Below, one piece after another: positions 48,662 through 57,404 of a DNA stretch of 64,000 nt; positions within the stretch are counted from its first letter, which is position 1; the number at the start of each line of letters is the position of its first letter. The translations under genes and the position numbers were made by a program. The stretch covers positions 33,056-97,055 of the forward strand of contig CACFWO010000006.1 in assembly GCA_902570035.1 (NCBI GenBank), written 5' to 3'. The notes beneath the pieces were generated by a model. It saw only the letters and a list, made by a program, of their open reading frames with translations, ran no database searches and had not been told where the DNA came from. The stretch is from an uncultured SAR86 cluster bacterium (lineage in GTDB: Bacteria > Pseudomonadota > Gammaproteobacteria > Magnimaribacterales > AG-339-G14).

Positions 48662-50095
48662 ATGAAAGAATATCATCAGTTTTATATTAACGGGTCATGG
48701 GTTGATCCAATAAATGGACTTAATAAGCTTGATGTTTTAAGTCCAGCTACAGAAGAACCCATTGGCTCTATTGCTTTAGGATCTTCTGAAGACGTAAATG
48801 CTGCAGTAGACGCTGCCAAAAATGCTTTTGCCAGCTTTAGTTCGTCTGAAAAAGAGGAAAGAGTTGGTTATTTAGAGAAAATCATAGAAATTTACATGAA
48901 AAGAAGCTCGGAAATGGCTGAAGCTATTTCCTCTGAAATGGGTGCTCCAATGTCATTAGCTTCAAAAGCACACTCACCCTCAGGTTTAGGCCATTTCATG
49001 ACAGCTCTAGAGACTCTTAAAAATTATGACTTTGAACAACAAAAAGATGGATTGTTCATTAGAAAGGAAGCAATTGGCGTGGTCGGTATGATTACTCCTT
49101 GGAATTGGCCTATAAACCAAATTGCTTGCAAAGTTGCACCTGCTTTAGCAGCTGGCTGCACAATGATTTTAAAACCAAGTGAAATTGCTCCTTTCAATGC
49201 AATGCTCATGGCTGAAATAATTCATGAAGCTGGAATTCCTGATGGAGTGTTTAATCTTGTCAACGGTGACGGACCTATCGTTGGTGAGGCTATGTCCTCT
49301 CATCCCGACATAGACATGATGTCTTTTACAGGATCAACTAGAGCTGGAATCCAAGTTGCAAAAGGTTCTGCTGATTCAGTTAAAAGAGTTCATCAAGAAT
49401 TAGGTGGAAAATCACCAAACATTATTTTAGATGATGCAGATTTTGAAAATGCTGTTATTAGAGGAACCAGACATATGTTTAATAACAGTGGTCAATCGTG
49501 TAATGCTCCATCAAGAATGTTAGTTCCTGAGTCAAGGCAAGATGAAGCAAAAGCCGCTGCTAAAAAAGCTGCAGATGAGACCAAAGTGGGTGATCCTAAT
49601 GCTGAAGATACTGTAATTGGTCCTGTGGTAAGCGAAGTTCAGTTCAATAAAATTCAAGGTCTCATTGAAAAAGGTATTGAAGAAGGAGCAGAATTGGTCT
49701 GTGGAGGTCCAGGAAAACCTGATGGTCTTAATCAAGGCTTCTACGTTAAGCCAACTGTATTTGCTAACGTAAACAATGATATGACCATAGCCAAGGAAGA
49801 AATTTTTGGGCCTGTTCTGTGCATCATTCCTTATAAAGATGAAGATGAAGCTATTGAAATTGCGAACGATACTCCTTATGGATTAGCGGGCTATGTTTCC
49901 TCAGAGAACATAGATCATGCAGTAGAAGTAGCCAGAAAAATTAGAAGTGGAAATGTTCACATAAACAATGCTCCTTCAGGCTTAACTTCTCCGTTCGGTG
50001 GTTTTAAGCAATCCGGTAACGGAAGAGAATGGGGAGAATTTGGTTTTGAAGAATTCCTAGAGATTAAGTCTGTTTTGGGTGCTGGTGCTGCTTAA
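48662..50095 (+). CDS. Aldehyde dehydrogenase
   Basis: ITPWNWP, LKPSE, SFTGS, ELGGKS, NSGQSCNAP, EEIFGP, PFGGFKQSG. Confidence 0.95.
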   Translation: MKEYHQFYINGSWVDPINGLNKLDVLSPATEEPIGSIALGSSEDVNAAVDAAKNAFASFSSSEKEERVGYLEKIIEIYMKRSSEMAEAISSEMGAPMSLASKAHSPSGLGHFMTALETLKNYDFEQQKDGLFIRKEAIGVVGMITPWNWPINQIACKVAPALAAGCTMILKPSEIAPFNAMLMAEIIHEAGIPDGVFNLVNGDGPIVGEAMSSHPDIDMMSFTGSTRAGIQVAKGSADSVKRVHQELGGKSPNIILDDADFENAVIRGTRHMFNNSGQSCNAPSRMLVPESRQDEAKAAAKKAADETKVGDPNAEDTVIGPVVSEVQFNKIQGLIEKGIEEGAELVCGGPGKPDGLNQGFYVKPTVFANVNNDMTIAKEEIFGPVLCIIPYKDEDEAIEIANDTPYGLAGYVSSENIDHAVEVARKIRSGNVHINNAPSGLTSPFGGFKQSGNGREWGEFGFEEFLEIKSVLGAGAA

Positions 50096-50101
50096 GGCTA
50101 G

Positions 50102-51646
50102 ATGAGCACAGTCAAATACTACGATTGGTCTTATCACCAAGCTAGAACTAGACCAAACAAAGTTGCTGTAAAAGAAGTTTCTACCGGAAGAGAAACTACT
50201 TACGGTCAACTTGAGGAAAGATCTTGTCGACTCGCTTCATGGCTGCAAAATAAAGGGGTCAAAAAAGGTGACAGAGTTGCCATCTTAATTCATAACTGTA
50301 CTGAAGTTTTTGAGCTGGAGTTCGCTTGCGCAAAAATAGGTGCTATAGAATTACCTCTCAATTGGCGTCTCACTAAACCTGAACTTGAATATATTCTTAA
50401 TGATAGTTCTCCAGAAGTCTTGATTTATGGCTCTAATTTTGCAGATACAGCGAAAGCACTCACAAAAGATTGTTCCATTAAAAATTCATTGGAAATAGAT
50501 GATGAGGATCAGAATAATAAGTACGAACAAGCATTAAAAGAAAATATTGATTTTGATGTTGTTGAAACTACGCATGATGATCTGATTATGCTGATGTACA
50601 CATCCGGTACAACGGGCCATCCAAAAGGTGCGATGATCACTCATGAAATGCAGTTCTATAATATAGTTAATCTAGCCGGATCTGCCAGAGTAACCGATAA
50701 AACAGTCCAACTTATTGTTCTCCCTTTGTTCCATACGGGGGGCATGAACTGTTACGCAAATCCTATTCTTCATTACGGTGGTCAAATCGTTTTGATGAAA
50801 GAATTTGATCCCGGGAAGGCATTGGAAATCATTGATGATCCGGATTATGGCATCACACATTTTTTTGCAGTGCCCGCTCCTTTTCAATTTATGATGCAGC
50901 ATCCAAATTTTGATACAACTGATTTTTCAAGAATTGAAGGTGCAGGAGTTGGTGGAGCTCCGTGTGCAGAGATTATTTTGAAGTCATGGCAAAGTAAAGG
51001 CGTCGAACTTTGGCAAGGCTGGGGTATGACTGAGACAAGTCCAGGAGGTATCGGTCTTGCCGGTGAAGACGCTGCGAGAAAAGTTGGTTCAGCAGGTAAG
51101 CCTTTATTACATACTGAAGTAAAAATTGTGAATGAAAACGGCAAAGAAGTTGATCAAGGTGAAGTTGGAGAAATTTTGATAAAAGGTCCAAACGTCACTC
51201 CAGGGTATTGGAACAATGAAGAGGCTACAGAAAAATCATTCGTTGATGGCTGGCTCAAAACTGGAGATGCTGCCCAAATGGATGATGAAGGTTTTATTTA
51301 TATAGTCGATAGACAAAAGGATATGTATATTTCCGGTGGAGAAAATGTGTATCCTGCTGAAGTTGAAAACGTTATTTATCAACTTCCAGAAATTGCTGAA
51401 GCAGCAATCATTGGTGTACCTCATAAAAAATGGGGAGAAACAGGTAAGGCATTCATTGCCTTAAAACCAGATAGTAATTTATCGGAAGAAAGTATCATCA
51501 ATCACTGCCTTAAAAATCTTGCTAAATTTAAAATTCCAGCGACAGTTGAATTCATAGATGCTTTACCCAGAAATGCTACCGGGAAGGTTCTTAAAAGAAA
51601 TTTAAGGAAAGAAGTTGTTGGAAGCGACGCTCCTGCAATTACTTAA
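50102..51646 (+). CDS. Acyl-CoA synthetase / long-chain fatty acid-CoA ligase
   Basis: YTSGTTGHPKG, GWGMTET, KTGD, ISGGENVYPAE, PRNATGK. Confidence 0.94.
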   Translation: MSTVKYYDWSYHQARTRPNKVAVKEVSTGRETTYGQLEERSCRLASWLQNKGVKKGDRVAILIHNCTEVFELEFACAKIGAIELPLNWRLTKPELEYILNDSSPEVLIYGSNFADTAKALTKDCSIKNSLEIDDEDQNNKYEQALKENIDFDVVETTHDDLIMLMYTSGTTGHPKGAMITHEMQFYNIVNLAGSARVTDKTVQLIVLPLFHTGGMNCYANPILHYGGQIVLMKEFDPGKALEIIDDPDYGITHFFAVPAPFQFMMQHPNFDTTDFSRIEGAGVGGAPCAEIILKSWQSKGVELWQGWGMTETSPGGIGLAGEDAARKVGSAGKPLLHTEVKIVNENGKEVDQGEVGEILIKGPNVTPGYWNNEEATEKSFVDGWLKTGDAAQMDDEGFIYIVDRQKDMYISGGENVYPAEVENVIYQLPEIAEAAIIGVPHKKWGETGKAFIALKPDSNLSEESIINHCLKNLAKFKIPATVEFIDALPRNATGKVLKRNLRKEVVGSDAPAIT

Positions 51647-52788
51647 GAATATATTATCTCTTTAAATCGCTGTTCTAGAGATTCAAAGTGCTGTTCCGAA
51701 GGATTTCTCCAAGATTGCTGGATGCTATAAATTTCATTTAAATAATCAAGGTATTTTTCTATCTGACCTAAGTCTAACTCCCAGCTGTCTATTGAATTTA
51801 TGCATTCCACAAGCTGGTCTCTTGATTCAGGAAATCTTGTTATGCCTTCGATCTTAAAACAACTCTCTCCAAGAAGAATTAATTTTTTCCCAAGAATAAG
51901 GGATTCAAGCCCTACAGTAGAGTTCAAAGTTAATGTGGCTAAAGATTTTTCTATGAGATCTTTTGAATCAAAATTTCTGAAAAGAATTCTCTCGTTTACT
52001 TTATGGAGGTATTTAAATTTCGTTGAGTCGCTTGGATGTTCCTTGATTACAAAAAATAAATCTTCATCTTCAATTTTTTTAATCGAATAATCTAACCATT
52101 GAAATAATTCACCCATGGAATTTACTCTCGGAGAATTTAGCAAAACTTGACTGTCGTGATTAACTTGGAAAGGAACATAGATGAACTTTTCAGGTAATGC
52201 TTCATATAATTCTGGAGATTTGCCATAACTTTTTTTGCTTTTTATAGAGGCTCTTTGTTGGATCTCAAAATTTAAACTTTTTCCACTAGGAACATAATTT
52301 TCATAAAACTCTTTTTCGCGCGGAACGCTGTTTAAATCATTCACGCCTTTAGGGTCCACAGTTGTTGAATTAGGAAGCAAACCGTTTTCAAAAAAAGCTA
52401 ATTTAATATTATTTTTTTTGGCGATTAGTTTTATTGCATACTCTGGTAACCTGTGTCCATTCCATATACAAATCAAATCAGGCATCCTTTTTGAAATTAC
52501 ATAAATAAATCTTCTGTAATAAAAAACAAAAAGTATGTATAGAAAGGCTTCATAGAATGGCCAAAAATACTTTATGTAAAAGTATTTTCTTTTTTTTCTT
52601 GCTAACTCAAAACTTATTCCTTTTTGAATTTCAGCTTGGGTTAAATCAGTGCGGCCAAGTTTGAAAAAGATAAAAGGAAAAAAACTCATTATGGTGGAGT
52701 CAAACACGGTATTTCTTTTGATGTATTGGAAATATCTATACATAGACCCTTTATAAGAAATAAAAAGAATTTTTGAAGATTGATCCAT
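51643..52788 (-). CDS. KpsS-like capsular polysaccharide biosynthesis protein
   Basis: IWNG, FENGLLP, DPKGVN, VPFQVNHDSQ, KEHP, NSTVGLES (Capsule_synth family motifs). Confidence 0.8.
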   Translation of the reverse strand: MDQSSKILFISYKGSMYRYFQYIKRNTVFDSTIMSFFPFIFFKLGRTDLTQAEIQKGISFELARKKRKYFYIKYFWPFYEAFLYILFVFYYRRFIYVISKRMPDLICIWNGHRLPEYAIKLIAKKNNIKLAFFENGLLPNSTTVDPKGVNDLNSVPREKEFYENYVPSGKSLNFEIQQRASIKSKKSYGKSPELYEALPEKFIYVPFQVNHDSQVLLNSPRVNSMGELFQWLDYSIKKIEDEDLFFVIKEHPSDSTKFKYLHKVNERILFRNFDSKDLIEKSLATLTLNSTVGLESLILGKKLILLGESCFKIEGITRFPESRDQLVECINSIDSWELDLGQIEKYLDYLNEIYSIQQSWRNPSEQHFESLEQRFKEIIYS

Positions 52789-52848
52789 TATTCGCTAATT
52801 GTTATTGAAATATATTATCCTATGCAAAATTTTTTTTAGAGGATTGTT

Positions 52849-53115
52849 ATGTTTGAAATTAATCTTTTTAATTCAGCGCAGATATTTGATCAAATTTTTG
52901 CCTTTGTTTGTGTTTATTTACTCACAAGTTTAAGCGCAAAGGTAAGATTCTATGGATTTGTAGTTGGAACTATTGGTTTCGTGCCTGGTATTTATTTGCT
53001 CATTGAAACTGAGCTTTGGTGGTTGCTTGCAGCAATGCCGCTTTGGGTTTTCATAAACTACAAAGGGCTAGTCAATAATTGGAGAGAATTTAAAGGGGAA
53101 GAAACTACAGCTTAA
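52849..53115 (+). CDS. Small membrane protein (about 3 TM)
   Basis: 88 aa hydrophobic ORF with a GAGGA RBS. Confidence 0.7.
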   Translation: MFEINLFNSAQIFDQIFAFVCVYLLTSLSAKVRFYGFVVGTIGFVPGIYLLIETELWWLLAAMPLWVFINYKGLVNNWREFKGEETTA

Positions 53116-54343
53116 CAACTTCAAAAGCTGCCCTAGCAATATCCTCAACTTTTTTCAGATGCTCATCCTCGTGAGCCACTGATATAAAGTGATTGTGATA
53201 ATCAGTGAGATAAAGACCTTTACTCAAGCAAGCATCAACCCATCTTGAATGGAGTGTTTTGTCTTCATGCTCAATTCGAAAGTAAGGCATAGCTGGGACT
53301 CCGGAAACAATCATCTTGACATCAAAATCTTCCGCAATCTTGACTAGCCTTTCTTTTAACAAGTTACCAAGAATATTCATCTTCGTAACCGCATCCTGCT
53401 TAACTAATTCATCGATTGTTGCTTTTGCTGCAGCCATTGGAGCTGAGTTTAAAAACTGGGTACCAGTGAAATAAACATTCTCAGCTGATTCTTTTAACGA
53501 GTCTTTTCCTACCAAGGCAGATATTGGATATCCATTCGCTATGGCTTTCCCTAAACAAATTAAGTCTGGAGAAAAACCAAAAAAATTATTTGATCCTTTT
53601 AGATCAATTCTAAAGCCAGTCCTGACATCGTCGACAATTAAAATAATGTTATTTTTACGACAAACTTTCTCGATGTGTTTCCAGTATCCTTCATTTGGAT
53701 AGACATTATTTTTGAAAGTTGGATGATGATAAGGACTTGAGATAAAACATGCTATGTCATCTCCATGATCTGAGATTGCTTGGTTAAATCCATCTAGGTC
53801 GTTCCAGTCGATGGAGATTACTTCTGCGGAATCTGAATTAATAATGCCAGGGCTATTGCGTCTTTGCATCCAACTATTTGAGCCATGATATCCATCGTTT
53901 ATTTTTAATATCTTTTGCTTACCGGTCTCTTGTCTGGATACCATCACCGCAAGGGAAGTACTATCAGCTCCATTTTTACCAAACAAACTCCAATCGGCAA
54001 TTGATACTAAATCAACTAAGGTTTCAGCTAATTCAATCATCACAGGAGAGGCGATACTGACAGTATTGCCAAGATTTAATTGTTTTCTAGCTGCTTCATC
54101 TACTACGGGATTGTTATAGCCAAGAATCATAGGGCCCCAAGCACAAACTAAATCTACGTATTCATTTCCATCAACATCCCAAAAATACGCTCCGTCCGCT
54201 TGAGAGAAAAATTTGGGCCCGTCTTTCCTGACAGCATATTTATAATGCCCGAATATTCCTCCAGGAATTACTTCTTTTGCTCTATTAAGGAGTAGATCTG
54301 ACTCAGATTGAATTAAAAAATCTTTATCCTTTGGATTATGCAT
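53105..54343 (-). CDS. Class III aminotransferase (glutamate-1-semialdehyde aminomutase-like)
   Basis: WDVDGNEYVD, WGPMILG, DDVRTGFR, PDLICLGKAIANGYP (PLP Lys). Divergent from canonical HemL. Confidence 0.85.
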   Translation of the reverse strand: MHNPKDKDFLIQSESDLLLNRAKEVIPGGIFGHYKYAVRKDGPKFFSQADGAYFWDVDGNEYVDLVCAWGPMILGYNNPVVDEAARKQLNLGNTVSIASPVMIELAETLVDLVSIADWSLFGKNGADSTSLAVMVSRQETGKQKILKINDGYHGSNSWMQRRNSPGIINSDSAEVISIDWNDLDGFNQAISDHGDDIACFISSPYHHPTFKNNVYPNEGYWKHIEKVCRKNNIILIVDDVRTGFRIDLKGSNNFFGFSPDLICLGKAIANGYPISALVGKDSLKESAENVYFTGTQFLNSAPMAAAKATIDELVKQDAVTKMNILGNLLKERLVKIAEDFDVKMIVSGVPAMPYFRIEHEDKTLHSRWVDACLSKGLYLTDYHNHFISVAHEDEHLKKVEDIARAAFEVVKL

Positions 54344-54390
54344 AAATTCATTGTAAATGATTTTTGTTTGGTGGGTAATTTTCTAATCTG

Positions 54391-54481
54391 TGGCGGAGAG
54401 GGAGGGATTCGAACCCTCGATGCGGGATTACCACATACTCCCTTAGCAGGGGAGCGCTTTCAACCACTCAGCCACCTCTCC
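54391..54481 (-). tRNA. tRNA-Ser(GCT)
   Basis: GGAGAGG/CCTCTCC acceptor stem, CTCCC-CTGCTAA-GGGAG anticodon arm, long variable arm, GGTTCGAAT, CCA. Confidence 0.96.
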
Positions 54482-54502
54482 TTAGATGCAATTCTAGTTT
54501 TT

Positions 54503-56128
54503 TTAAACAGCTTGTCTAATGATATCAGAGGCTTTTTCAGCAATCATAATCGAAGGAGCGTTAGTATTACCTCCAATTAAAGTTGGCATAATGGATGCAT
54601 CAACTACCCTCAAGTTATCAACTCCTCTGACTTTGAGATTGTCATCGACCACGGCAAGATCGTCGCTACCCATTTTACAAGTTCCTACTGGGTGATAAAG
54701 AGTTTCACCAGTATTCTTAATCCAGGCATCTAGTTCATCGTCGTTATCAACATTAACATCTAAACCAGGTTTTGATCGGTCTCCTCTATATTCATCAAAA
54801 GCTGCCTGCATGAAAACTCTTATAGTCTCTCTTGTTGCGTTTCTTGTATCGATTAGGTCTTGTTCTTCAGAAAGATAATTAGGAAACATCAAAGGAGCAT
54901 CATCTGGATTTGAGCTTTTTAGTTCTAAGTGACCCCTACTTTGCGGCCTCAAAATGCAAATAACTCCACTGAATCCATGATTCAAATCCATACCATCTCT
55001 TCCATGTAAATCGGTGGATTGTAAAGAAGCGTAATGTATTTGAGTGTCTGGAATATCTTTTTCAGAACTTGATTTAAAAAATGCTCCCGCACTGGTGGGA
55101 GGAAAAGCAGCGTCTCCTGTCCCGAAAAGTAAATACTGCAAACCAGACATCTGTGTTTTTATGAAACTTGCTGATCTGTGCAAAGTTATGGGTTGAGTAC
55201 AATTAAAAGAATTAACCACTGCGTAATGATCTTGTAAGTTTTTCCCAACCCCCTTCAACTCATGCAAAACATTAATGCCATGCTTATTTAATTCTGAGGA
55301 ATCACCGATGCCGCTATTCATCAATATTTGAGGTGAATTAATAGCTCCAGCAGATAAAATTATCTCAGCATTAGCTTTTACTGAAAAAGTCTTGCCTTTT
55401 TTAGAGTACTCGACTCCAACAGCTCTTTTTCCTTCAAATAAAATTTTATTTACTTGAACATTTGTCTCGGTTGCAAGATTTTTTCTCTTTAAGGCAGGAT
55501 GCAAATATGCTCGTGCAGAACTCCATCTTCTTGGGCCTCTTTTAGTGTCTGCCATCGTATGCTCATATCTTGAAAATCCTTCCTGATTTTTTCCGTTGAA
55601 ATCATTCGTTAAAGGAAATCCTGCTTGTTCGCCGGCTTCTATGAAGACATCTAATAACTTATCATGAGTACTCTCGGATTTTTTTACACTTAAAGGACCA
55701 TCAAAACCATGATAATCGCTATCTCCCTCTCCATTGAATGATTCAGCTTTTTTAAAATAAGGCAGAACGTCTTCGTATGACCAACCTGTGTTGCCTTGTT
55801 GACGCCAAAGATCATAATCATATGCATGGCCTCTTATATAAACCATTGCATTTATTGATGAGGATCCACCCCAGCCTCTTCCTCTGGGCCAATAAAGTTT
55901 TCTATTATTTGTAATTTCTTCTGGTTCTGTTTCAAATCCATAATTGATAGCACTTTTAGTCGGCACGATTTGAGAATAGCCAGTGGGCATGTGAATAAAA
56001 AAATTAGTGTCTTTCCCACCAGCCTCTAAAATTAATACACTTTTCTTTCCGTCTTCGGATAACCGGTTTGCCATAACACAACCGGAGCTTCCAGCTCCTA
56101 CAACAACATAGTCAAAAGTATTTTCCAT
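54503..56128 (-). CDS. GMC oxidoreductase (choline dehydrogenase-like)
   Basis: [47 protein letters not shown]. Confidence 0.93.
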   Translation of the reverse strand: MENTFDYVVVGAGSSGCVMANRLSEDGKKSVLILEAGGKDTNFFIHMPTGYSQIVPTKSAINYGFETEPEEITNNRKLYWPRGRGWGGSSSINAMVYIRGHAYDYDLWRQQGNTGWSYEDVLPYFKKAESFNGEGDSDYHGFDGPLSVKKSESTHDKLLDVFIEAGEQAGFPLTNDFNGKNQEGFSRYEHTMADTKRGPRRWSSARAYLHPALKRKNLATETNVQVNKILFEGKRAVGVEYSKKGKTFSVKANAEIILSAGAINSPQILMNSGIGDSSELNKHGINVLHELKGVGKNLQDHYAVVNSFNCTQPITLHRSASFIKTQMSGLQYLLFGTGDAAFPPTSAGAFFKSSSEKDIPDTQIHYASLQSTDLHGRDGMDLNHGFSGVICILRPQSRGHLELKSSNPDDAPLMFPNYLSEEQDLIDTRNATRETIRVFMQAAFDEYRGDRSKPGLDVNVDNDDELDAWIKNTGETLYHPVGTCKMGSDDLAVVDDNLKVRGVDNLRVVDASIMPTLIGGNTNAPSIMIAEKASDIIRQAV

Positions 56129-56181
56129 AATAAATCTCCTCTAAAGTGAGATTATCAATATGAAATCTATTGTGCAATAAA

Positions 56182-57399
56182 TTAATTCTTATCTAACTCA
56201 AATGCATCGTGAAGGGTTCTTACAGCAAGTTCCTTATACTTTTCTTCAAGAACAACTGAGATTTTGATCTCTGAGGTTGAAATCATTTCGATATTTATTG
56301 CCTCATCTGCCAAGGCTCCAAACATTTTACTTGCTACACCTGCGTGGGACTTCATTCCGTTTCCAACTACGGATACTTTGCAAATATCTAGATCAACTTC
56401 AATTTCACCGCTACCTAGCTCTTTGCGTAACTTATCTAAAATTTTTGAAGTTTCATCAGCAAAATCTTTATGCACTGTGAAAGTGAAGTCGGTTGTGTTA
56501 TCAGATGCCACATTTTGGACAATTACATCTACCTCAATTCCAGCATCGCTTATGGGAGAAAGTATTTTTGCTGCAACTCCAGGAATGTCAGGAACTTTTC
56601 TGATGGTTATTTTTGCTTCATTTGAAGTAAACGCAATTCCTGATACTACAGCCTCTTCTAAATTATCGTTATTATTTATCAAAGTTCCTCCTTTTGACCC
56701 AAAACTTGATAAGACTCTCAAAGGTAATTTGTATTTACTTGCAAATTCCACAGACCTTATTTGTAAAACTTTAGCTCCTAAAGAAGAAAGTTCCAACATT
56801 TCTTCGTATGTTAAATGATCAAGTTTCCTGGCTTTATCGTAAATATTTGGATCGGTTGTAAATACCCCATCCACATCAGTATAAATCTGACACTCCTTAG
56901 CATTCAAAGAAACTGCAATCGCTACTGCAGAGGTGTCCGAACCGCCCCTTCCTAAGGTAGTAATGTTATTTTCATCATCAAACCCTTGAAATCCTGTGAT
57001 TACAGGAACAATGTTTTTTTCTAATGCATTTTGAAGAATTTCCTCTGAGACTTTTCTAATTCTTGCTCTTCCAAAGGAGGAATCCGTTTTAAACCCCATC
57101 TGAAAAGCATTGTAAGATCTTGAGTTATAACCTTTCTTTTTAAGAGACATGGCAAGCAACGCTGCAGAAACTTGCTCTCCAGAAGAAACAACAGCATCAA
57201 ATTCTCGAGGATCAGGTTTCTTTTGAATTTTCTTAGTGAGATCAATCAGTCTATTTGTTTCGCCTGCCATGGCTGAAACAACAACAGCGACATGATTACC
57301 TGATTCAATTTCCTGACCAACAATCTTGGCAACTGCTTCAATTCTTTTAGGGCTAGCAACAGATGTCCCTCCAAATTTTTGGACAATAATGTTACTCAT
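56182..57399 (-). CDS. lysC: Aspartate kinase
   Basis: VQKFGGTSV, VVSAM, TLGRGGSD, YTDVDG, two ACT domains, ISTSEIKIS. Confidence 0.96.
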   Translation of the reverse strand: MSNIIVQKFGGTSVASPKRIEAVAKIVGQEIESGNHVAVVVSAMAGETNRLIDLTKKIQKKPDPREFDAVVSSGEQVSAALLAMSLKKKGYNSRSYNAFQMGFKTDSSFGRARIRKVSEEILQNALEKNIVPVITGFQGFDDENNITTLGRGGSDTSAVAIAVSLNAKECQIYTDVDGVFTTDPNIYDKARKLDHLTYEEMLELSSLGAKVLQIRSVEFASKYKLPLRVLSSFGSKGGTLINNNDNLEEAVVSGIAFTSNEAKITIRKVPDIPGVAAKILSPISDAGIEVDVIVQNVASDNTTDFTFTVHKDFADETSKILDKLRKELGSGEIEVDLDICKVSVVGNGMKSHAGVASKMFGALADEAINIEMISTSEIKISVVLEEKYKELAVRTLHDAFELDKN

Positions 57400-57404
57400 G
57401 CCTT

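Noticed and set aside
53105-54343. Calling the aminotransferase hemL
   Set aside because: It lacks typical HemL motifs (GGVNSPVR, SGTEA, YHGH); more likely a paralogue with another substrate.
54338-54580. 80-aa plus-strand ORF
   Set aside because: It is the antisense translation of tRNA-Ser (GGEGGIRTL...) and the end of the GMC gene.
54503-56128. Calling the GMC oxidoreductase betA
   Set aside because: The family is clear, but there is no betB, betI or choline transporter nearby and the substrate cannot be read from motifs.
56264-56818. 184-aa plus-strand ORF
   Set aside because: Entirely antisense to lysC in the mirrored frame, with no motif; a shadow ORF.
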